A DNA stretch of 13,566 nucleotides from Candidatus Cloacimonadota bacterium. Lineage in GTDB: Bacteria > Cloacimonadota > Cloacimonadia > Cloacimonadales > WRIO01. Where the stretch lies: assembly GCA_029564175.1 (NCBI GenBank), contig JAKQQL010000227.1, positions 1 through 13,566 of the forward strand, written 5' to 3'. This document shows positions 1 to 5,600 of the stretch, one piece after another; position 1 is the first letter of the stretch, and each line of letters opens with the position of its first letter. The notes beneath the pieces were generated by a model. That model had not been told where the DNA came from and ran no database searches. It was given only the letters and a program-made list of their open reading frames with translations. The position numbers and the translations under genes are program-made.

Positions 1-141
1 AGCATTTTGCGCTTCTTCGCTTCCCGAAGTATGTAACCTGATTTCTTCCGCTTCTTGGTATCTTTCGACCCTTTGGGTCTCCCAGCCTTCTTGCCCTGCA
101 TCTTTGCCCTTTTTAGACCTTCAATTGTCCGTTCCCTGATA
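1..141. repeat. Left copy of a perfect 141-bp terminal inverted repeat
   Basis: 1..141 (agcattttgc...gttccctgata) is the exact reverse complement of 13426..13566 (tatcagggaac...gcaaaatgct). Identity stops at 142/13425. Confidence 0.97.
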
Positions 142-518
142 AGTTCCCGCTCAAACTCAGCAAATGCGCTTAATATTTGAAAATGAAGTTTCCCAGCAGC
201 AGTACTGAAATCAAGATTATCCGAAATTGAGATAAAACCAATGCCTTTATCAATAAGCTCCTTTGTATCCAGTATTAGTTCAGTGGAAGACCTTGCCCAT
301 CTATCGAGTTTGAAAACGGCAACTGCATCATAATCATAGTTTCGTAATCGTGTAAGAAGAGCTTGTTTGACAGGTCGGGTTTTTCTGGTGCTTTCGATTT
401 CTTCAAAAATGTCATAATCCAGACCATTTTTCTCAGCATAATCAATTAATCTGATTTTCTGGTTCTCAACAGTTTGGTCGCTTGTCGAAACTCTTACGTA
501 TAATGCTATTTTTTTCAT
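1..518 (-). CDS. Small serine recombinase (resolvase/invertase family), 3' end runs off the window
   Basis: Hand translation from ATG at 518: MKKIALYVRVSTSDQTVENQ...FKLDRWARS...DFSTAAGKLHFQILSAFAEFERELIRERTIEGLKRAKMQGKKAGRPKGSKDTKKRKKSGYILREAKKRKM. It shows the catalytic YxRVST motif, LDRxxRS, helix E (AEFERELIRERT) and GRP. No stop occurs before position 1. Absent from the supplied ORF track. Confidence 0.95.
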   Translation of the reverse strand, partial: MKKIALYVRVSTSDQTVENQKIRLIDYAEKNGLDYDIFEEIESTRKTRPVKQALLTRLRNYDYDAVAVFKLDRWARSSTELILDTKELIDKGIGFISISDNLDFSTAAGKLHFQILSAFAEFERELIRERTIEGLKRAKMQGKKAGRPKGSKDTKKRKKSGYILREAKKRKM

Positions 519-529
519 AATGTTAAAAT

Positions 530-718
530 TTAATTTACTGAGAAATATTGAAACCGATACTTCTTTAATTCATCGTAATTGGTGATAGTTTCCCGCATGG
601 GTACTGCATTAAAAGCAACAAGTTCAATCCCATCGATAAACATAACCAACATACAGGCTTCATTCCAATCATGTTCGGAATATATAATTTGATGTCTTAT
701 TGCAATTTTTTTATTCAT
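530..718 (-). CDS. Small hypothetical protein (~62 aa), probably co-transcribed with the recombinase
   Basis: The ORF ends 11 nt upstream of the recombinase ATG on the same strand. ATG 718 (MNKKIAIR) is preferred to 730, which lies inside a palindromic operator. No motif recognised. Confidence 0.55.
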   Translation of the reverse strand: MNKKIAIRHQIIYSEHDWNEACMLVMFIDGIELVAFNAVPMRETITNYDELKKYRFQYFSVN

Positions 719-724
719 GCTGAC

Positions 725-804
725 GTCCATAATAATGGACTAAAGTACAAAAAAAACTATCATCAGATAATTTATCGTCATAATTATGTCCATTTTCATG
801 GACA
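725..804. promoter_or_regulatory. Pair of palindromic operator-like sites GTCCAT-N4-ATGGAC between divergent genes
   Basis: GTCCAT-aata-ATGGAC at 725-740 and TGTCCAT-tttc-ATGGACA at 787-804. Smaller palindromes GATAAtTTATC (766-776) and CATAATTATG (779-788) lie between them. Confidence 0.7.
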
Positions 805-807
805 GTT

Positions 808-819
808 ATTAACTTTACA
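808..819 (+). promoter_or_regulatory. Putative Bacteroidota-type -7 promoter element (TAACTTTA, variant of TAnnTTTG)
   Basis: ATTAACTTTACA lies just upstream of ATG 835. The same 12-mer recurs at 3013-3024 in another intergenic region. Confidence 0.45.
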
Positions 820-834
820 TCAAATTTTTATTTA

Positions 835-1128
835 ATGAAACTGAAACCAACAATTGATACTGAGCCAAAACAGTCAGAAAAACAGTATAAACCTCCCAAA
901 CCTGTCGCTCCAGAAGACAAGACTTTTATGTTAGCTATTGCGGGGAAACTACTTGAATTACAAAAGAAGGAAGGTATAAGTACTGCTGAACTGTGCAGGA
1001 AGGTTAGAATTTCAAGATATACTTATCTATTAATTACCACTGGACAGGTCTATTGGAATTCTGAGAATGTGTTAAAACTGATAAACTACTATGGGTTGGA
1101 AGCAAAGTTATTTTTCAAGTCTTTGTAA
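835..1128 (+). CDS. XRE/Cro-like helix-turn-helix protein
   Basis: 97 aa with IAGKLLELQKKEGISTAELCRKVRISRYTYLLITTGQ, an XRE HTH pattern, after a Pro/Lys-rich N-terminal extension. Confidence 0.75.
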   Translation: MKLKPTIDTEPKQSEKQYKPPKPVAPEDKTFMLAIAGKLLELQKKEGISTAELCRKVRISRYTYLLITTGQVYWNSENVLKLINYYGLEAKLFFKSL

Positions 1129-1373
1129 CCCATTTGCAATTCCTGTGATTTTCTTGCCCTGTATTCTCTGCATGTGGGCACGAAAAAACTAAAAAATCTT
1201 TGAAAAAATCCTTGTTTTAGTGTTGAAACAGTCATTTTATGCCATATACCGCATTAAAAAAGGTACAATTAATCGGCATTAATGTAGCAAATAGGTACTG
1301 TTTGGCGCAGTTATGGCAGATGTTGTCACACAATTTATTGGTCAGGTGAAGTATTTATAGTAAACCTTGTCTA

Positions 1374-1613
1374 ATGATTAAGAAAACATACCCTCATGAA
1401 TATTATGAGAAACTTAAAAACATAGCTTCACTCATTCGAGAGTATCGTTTTGCCAACGGATATACCCAGATTGAACTGGCTAAACAGCTGAATTTGCATC
1501 GTAATACACTTTCCCGTGCAGAAAGGGGTGAAAATATCACATTACTTACCTTAATTGAACTCTGCGAGACACTCGAATTGGATATGAGTGAATTATTCTA
1601 TGAGGAAAATTAA
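1374..1613 (+). CDS. XRE-family (HTH_3) transcriptional regulator
   Basis: 79 aa with IREYRFANGYTQIELAKQLNLHRNTLSRAERGENITLLTLIELCETLEL, a canonical XRE HTH. Confidence 0.9.
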   Translation: MIKKTYPHEYYEKLKNIASLIREYRFANGYTQIELAKQLNLHRNTLSRAERGENITLLTLIELCETLELDMSELFYEEN

Positions 1614-1719
1614 TTAATGAATATGCTTGATAATATTTAACTAATATTTTTCAAACCAAAGACTTTTTGATATTAGCCCCAATTATTAAATTTCGACCAA
1701 ATCCCTTAAAACAATTAAA

Positions 1720-2901
1720 ATGGAAATGGGTCGCATACAAAATCTTAGTTCCGATTATAACTATTCAACTATACCCGTAAAAATACTGAATGACAATAAG
1801 TTGTCAGCGACAGCCAAGGGCATCTTAGCATTTCTGCTGTCCCTGCCTTCTAATCACAACATCAACAAAAAGGATTTGCCCAAATACTTTAAAGAAGGGT
1901 ATTATGCACTGAATAAGGGATTTGAGGAACTTGTTAAACGCAGAATTATCCACAAGATTGAAGTTCGTGACAAAAAAGGTCGTTTTAAAGGGTATGAATA
2001 TATAATCCACGAGTTTCCCAAGAAGAGGTCAGGTGACCAGAAAAAAGTATTACCGAATTACAATTACCGCAAATCGGATATTCATAATTCGGACATCAAT
2101 TTAATCAACCAAGTTTTCAATGAGGATTGCCTTCAGACCATGAGTAAAATGCCAGATAATTATGTCGATTTGGTATTAACTTCTCCGCCCTATGATGGCA
2201 TAGGTATGAGGAAATATAATGGCAACAATAAATTTGAATTCGAAAAAATAGCGGTCGAACTCACCCGCATTATTAAAAATGGTGGTGTAATCGTCTGGGT
2301 TGTTGGTGATGGAATGTACAAAGGCAGCGAAACTGGTACGTCTTTCAAACAAGCGTTATTCTTCAAGGAGTACTGTGGACTAAGACTGCACGACACCATG
2401 ATATTTGAAAAGAATACCACAACGTTTCCAGCAAAACCTGATAGCATGAGGTATTCACAGTGTTTTGAATATATGTTTGTGTTCTCAAAGGGCAAACCAA
2501 AAACAGCCAACTTGATTTGTGACAAACCCAATCGTTGGGCAGGAACAACCAATTTCGGACAAAAGAAAGATAGAAATGAAAATGATGAGCTTGTTCCTGT
2601 GAAAAAGTTCAAACCTATCCCTGAGTATTCACCTCGTACAAATATTTGGAGATATGTTACTGGAAAAGGGTACTCAACGGAGGACAGTATCGCACATCAG
2701 CATCCAGCAATCTACCCTGAAAAACTTGCAGAAGACCATATCAATTCATGGTCTAATGAAGGCGATTTGATTTATGACCCGTTTAGTGGCTCTGGCACAA
2801 CTTTAAAAATTGCTAAAAAACTCGGCAGGAATTTTATTGGAAGCGAGATAAATGAGGAATATTACCAACTTATTTGTGAAAGATTAGGGTTCGTCACCTA
2901 A
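1720..2901 (+). CDS. Fusion of a replication-initiator-type winged helix and a beta-class N4-C/N6-A DNA methyltransferase
   Basis: The N-terminal ~100 aa (NYSTIPVKILNDNKLSATAKGILAFLLSLP...FEELVKRRII...RDKKGRFKGYEYIIHEFP) resemble phage Rep N-termini. The C-terminal part has EDCL...VDLVLTSPPY (motif IV), HPAIYP, and DPFSGSGTT...GRNFIGSEI (motif I after motif IV, i.e. beta class). One uninterrupted ORF. Confidence 0.88.
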   Translation: MEMGRIQNLSSDYNYSTIPVKILNDNKLSATAKGILAFLLSLPSNHNINKKDLPKYFKEGYYALNKGFEELVKRRIIHKIEVRDKKGRFKGYEYIIHEFPKKRSGDQKKVLPNYNYRKSDIHNSDINLINQVFNEDCLQTMSKMPDNYVDLVLTSPPYDGIGMRKYNGNNKFEFEKIAVELTRIIKNGGVIVWVVGDGMYKGSETGTSFKQALFFKEYCGLRLHDTMIFEKNTTTFPAKPDSMRYSQCFEYMFVFSKGKPKTANLICDKPNRWAGTTNFGQKKDRNENDELVPVKKFKPIPEYSPRTNIWRYVTGKGYSTEDSIAHQHPAIYPEKLAEDHINSWSNEGDLIYDPFSGSGTTLKIAKKLGRNFIGSEINEEYYQLICERLGFVT

Positions 2902-3024
2902 GGATTAGATGCTTAGAAGGGAAAAAAACCTCAAAATCGACCTTTGTAAATAGCTGTTATACAACTTAATGCATATTGTTGATAAATTGGTGACCAACCT
3001 ATAGTATATGGAATTAACTTTACA

Positions 3025-3200
3025 CCCGATACAGACAACCTGCTCGATTAAATTCAAGAACTGCTCTGTATAGTAACCAGTTCTGGTTGCAAAACAATAT
3101 TGAGACAAGACTAAAGCGACAGTGAGCGCATTAGCGTGGCGTGTGCCTATGGTATGTGCATTTGACAAAACCATTAGAATACATGTAGATGCTAATAGAT
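3025..3200 (+). ncRNA. Putative structured RNA or 5' leader
   Basis: Follows a putative -7 box (3013-3024). Stems: ATACAGA 3029-3035/TCTGTAT 3065-3071; GTAACCAG 3073-3080/CTGGTTGC 3083-3090; and a long nested hairpin 3130-3196 with several G-U pairs. Confidence 0.4.
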
Positions 3201-3227
3201 TAGAATTATTTACAATTAAAACTATAT

Positions 3228-3476
3228 GTGATTAAGGAAAAAACAATCATTTATCTTACGGATTGCCAGTGTTATACAAAAGAACAGGCAGAACTGCAAT
3301 TAAAGGATAAGGTGTCGGCTCTGAATTACCCAATCCTTAAAGCACATATTACAAACCAAATGTTAGCAAAATGTATCAATGGATTTGCTGAGCAGAATGG
3401 CGTTTTGTTTCTGATGATTGGTAATGAAATGGCGTCAGTGACAAATAATTACAGGCATTCAAATTTTTTTGACTGA
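3228..3476 (+). CDS. Hypothetical protein (82 aa)
   Basis: GTG-start ORF after an A-rich leader (acaattaaaactat), co-oriented with its neighbours. No motif recognised. Confidence 0.4.
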   Translation: MIKEKTIIYLTDCQCYTKEQAELQLKDKVSALNYPILKAHITNQMLAKCINGFAEQNGVLFLMIGNEMASVTNNYRHSNFFD

Positions 3477-3524
3477 AAAAATGCTGATTGGATGTCTTTT
3501 TTCAAACTTGTTAGTATTTATGAG

Positions 3525-3572
3525 TACAAGCGGGTTACAAATACCCTACAAAAATTACTTTATTAAATACAA
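3525..3572 (+). promoter_or_regulatory. Helically phased TACAA repeats, candidate RHH operator
   Basis: TACAA at 3525, 3536 and 3547 (11-bp period) and at 3568, directly upstream of ATG 3583. Confidence 0.5.
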
Positions 3573-3582
3573 AAGATGTGTT

Positions 3583-3789
3583 ATGAATGAAACAGTTGTG
3601 GGCTACAAAGTAGCATACGAGAAGAAGAAACAAATCCTTTACAGCAGGATGGATGATACTATGATTAAGAAATTAAGAGAAATCAGGCGTAAAACTGGCA
3701 TATCTGTTTCTGAAATCATCCGTGAAAGTGTAAGACGTTTGCTTCAGGAAGTTGATGAAACGGGGTCAATAAATTTGAAAATAAATTGA
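3583..3789 (+). CDS. Ribbon-helix-helix (CopG-like) DNA-binding protein, 68 aa
   Basis: KQILYSRMDDTMIKKLREIRRKTGISVSEIIRESVRRLL fits the RHH pattern (beta strand, helix, G-x-S-x-S-E-I-I-R). Start reassigned from 3469 to ATG 3583. Confidence 0.8.
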   Translation: MNETVVGYKVAYEKKKQILYSRMDDTMIKKLREIRRKTGISVSEIIRESVRRLLQEVDETGSINLKIN

Positions 3790-3899
3790 TGACCAAAATA
3801 AGTGGATGGTCTTTTGTATCCGTCTTCACTGTCAAGATTTCTGTCAGACATTTTTTAATAAACATGTAAACACATTTCATTTGATAACTGTTGAAAAAA

Positions 3900-4805
3900 A
3901 TGAATACATTAAAATTACGAGGTAAAAAGTTGCATTTAATGAAACCACAGGCTAAGTATGCAAAAGTTCCAATGTCAATACTTTCGCACCGAAGTCTTAC
4001 ACCCGTAGATAAACTAATTCTTGCATATCTATATAGTCAATCAGATAGTGGTAATTATATTTTGGCATACACTCGCATTGCAAGAGAATTGAACATAGAT
4101 AAAAGTTATTTGATAAAACGTTGGAAATGGTTTATCAAGAATGGGTATATCAAAGAAGATGATAAGAATTATTATGTAACTATTGGGGCAGAGGATAAAT
4201 TAAATTTTATTGAACAAAATAGTCCTGTCCTACCCAACCAAGATAGCATCAATGGTAGTTCTGAACTACCTTATTGTGATAATCATGAGGTGGGAAAATC
4301 CCACATATCGGGTGGTTTAAAACAACCTGTTGAGGAAGTCTCAGACTACCTTAATGGTAGTCCTATACCACCTAATGAACATAATAAAAAAGAGAAAAGA
4401 AAAACTGAACAATGGATTGAGTGGGAAAATTATTCTTTTGAAGATGAACCAGAAAACTATTCTTCAGAAAATAATAATACTTCAAGACCCGATAACAACA
4501 CCTCAAATGATTTAGAATTTCTTTTAAAAAACAGTCCAATCTTTAAGTACACTTATGAAAATGCCACCTCAATAAATAATAATTGGCATGGGATTGATAT
4601 TAGCAATTACTCCAATATTGATATTGCTCATTTGGTAGGTCAAAGAGTTAAAAATGAACCTGTTGAAATTCCACATAACCTCCAACATATGTTAACCATT
4701 ATGGTCAAGTTTAGTCAGAAATTTAAAGATAGTAATCTCTGGAAATGCTTTCTAAATGAAGTTGATAATAATCCAAATTATATACAAAGATTGAATGAAC
4801 TATAA
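3900..4805 (+). CDS. Putative replication initiator (N-terminal winged HTH, phage O/replisome-organiser-like)
   Basis: YAKVPMSILSHRSLTPVDKLILAYLYSQS...YTRIARELNIDKSYLIKRWKWFIKNGYI resembles Rep wHTH domains. It is followed by a low-complexity linker encoded by iteron-like repeats and lies downstream of a CopG-like gene. Start uncertain (TTG 3891, ATG 3900 or 3939). Confidence 0.7.
   Translation: MNTLKLRGKKLHLMKPQAKYAKVPMSILSHRSLTPVDKLILAYLYSQSDSGNYILAYTRIARELNIDKSYLIKRWKWFIKNGYIKEDDKNYYVTIGAEDKLNFIEQNSPVLPNQDSINGSSELPYCDNHEVGKSHISGGLKQPVEEVSDYLNGSPIPPNEHNKKEKRKTEQWIEWENYSFEDEPENYSSENNNTSRPDNNTSNDLEFLLKNSPIFKYTYENATSINNNWHGIDISNYSNIDIAHLVGQRVKNEPVEIPHNLQHMLTIMVKFSQKFKDSNLWKCFLNEVDNNPNYIQRLNEL
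4218..4405. repeat. Array of 17-bp palindromic iterons (GGTRGT-N5-ACYACC) plus A-rich tract, putative replication origin
   Basis: GGTAGT-tctga-ACTACC 4254-4270; GGTGGG-aaaat-CCCACA 4289-4305; GGTGGT-ttaaa-ACAACC 4311-4327; GGAAGT-ctcag-ACTACC 4334-4350; GGTAGT-cctat-ACCACC 4356-4372; degenerate copy 4218-4234; A-rich run 4378-4405. Confidence 0.75.
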
Positions 4806-5127
4806 TACACCAATGACATTAACTAAAATCGAGGATTATCTACGAGACTTGTTTATACTTAATGGCTATAAACCATATAAAATCGATTTCTTGTACACCA
4901 AGGAATATGCTGGTTGTTTTAACTATCAAACAGAAACGATAACAATCTCATTGTTTGCTATTGAGAAATTAACTGAAGACCAATTGAAAGAAGTACTACT
5001 ACATGAATTTGCCCACTTTTTTGCTTATCGAGAATATGGAGAACTTAATCATGATTTTTATTGGCAAGAGTGTTGTAAATTATTTGGTTGCTCTACAGAT
5101 TTAATATTTTATTATAAAGACAAGTAA
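4795..5127 (+). CDS. SprT-like zinc metalloprotease
   Basis: AG.F....TITIS...EVLLHEFAH (HExxH) followed by HDFYWQECCKLFG, matching the SprT-type third-ligand H-x-x-x-W segment. Overlaps the end of the rep-like gene. Confidence 0.8.
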   Translation: MNYNTPMTLTKIEDYLRDLFILNGYKPYKIDFLYTKEYAGCFNYQTETITISLFAIEKLTEDQLKEVLLHEFAHFFAYREYGELNHDFYWQECCKLFGCSTDLIFYYKDK

Positions 5128-5249
5128 GATAAACATATACTATGAAGATTGAAGTTAAGATGGCATATTCCAAAATCTGGCTTTTTACTGAGCCACTATC
5201 TATCACAGAAATGTTGAAAAATCATTATCCGTAGATTTAAATCATTTAC

Positions 5250-5285
5250 TAAATTTGACAGAACCGTCTAATCAACACAGTCAAA
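5250..5285 (+). promoter_or_regulatory. Bacteroidota -7 box (TAAATTTG) overlapped by an operator-like inverted repeat
   Basis: TAAATTTG 5250-5257 matches TAnnTTTG exactly. GAC-agaacc-GTC at 5257-5268, and TTTGAC 5254-5259/GTCAAA 5280-5285, lie directly before ATG 5286. Confidence 0.55.
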
Positions 5286-5576
5286 ATGAAAAGTGTGTCA
5301 TTTGGCAGTTATCTGAAGCATATTCGGCAACAGAAAAAAATACCTCAACGCAAGGTTGCTCATCGTTTGGATATTGATACAAGTACTCTTTCGAAGATGG
5401 AACTTGGTGAGCGACAGATAACAATATCAATGATTGAGGGACTGGCTGATGCTTTGGGATTGGATTACAGGGAACTTCAAATCAAATTTGTAACCGAAAA
5501 AATAATGCAAGATTTTAAAGGTCAGCCGTTTTTAAAAGAGGCATTATTGGAAACGATGAAATTCATCAAAGAATAA
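5286..5576 (+). CDS. XRE-family HTH regulator heading the R-M operon
   Basis: SFGSYLKHIRQQKKIPQRKVAHRLDIDTSTLSKMELGERQITISMIEGLADALGLD; ends 24 nt before hsdR. Confidence 0.9.
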   Translation: MKSVSFGSYLKHIRQQKKIPQRKVAHRLDIDTSTLSKMELGERQITISMIEGLADALGLDYRELQIKFVTEKIMQDFKGQPFLKEALLETMKFIKE

Positions 5577-5600
5577 TTTGTTCATGAACGCCAGCTTATT

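Noticed and set aside
1..141. Terminal repeats as IS/transposon TIRs, linear-replicon telomeres or evidence of a circular contig
   Set aside because: The repeat is coding sequence from inside the recombinase and no transposase is present. Circularity would give direct, not inverted, terminal repeats.
1240..1318. GCATTAA (1251, 1276), AGGTAC (1261, 1293) and TGCCATA/TATGGCA repeats upstream of the 79-aa XRE gene
   Set aside because: Short with inconsistent spacing. They could be an operator but cannot be distinguished from chance by eye.
2905..3174. 89-aa minus-strand ORF
   Set aside because: No motif, opposite to all neighbours, and it overlaps a putative plus-strand promoter and structured leader.
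3469..3582. N-terminal extension of the 106-aa ORF
   Set aside because: The RHH fold starts after ATG 3583, and the extension overlaps the upstream ORF and the TACAA boxes.
4218..4372. Palindromic repeat array as a CRISPR
   Set aside because: The units are 17 bp and degenerate, mostly separated by only 5-6 bp, lie inside an ORF, and no cas genes are present. Iterons fit better.
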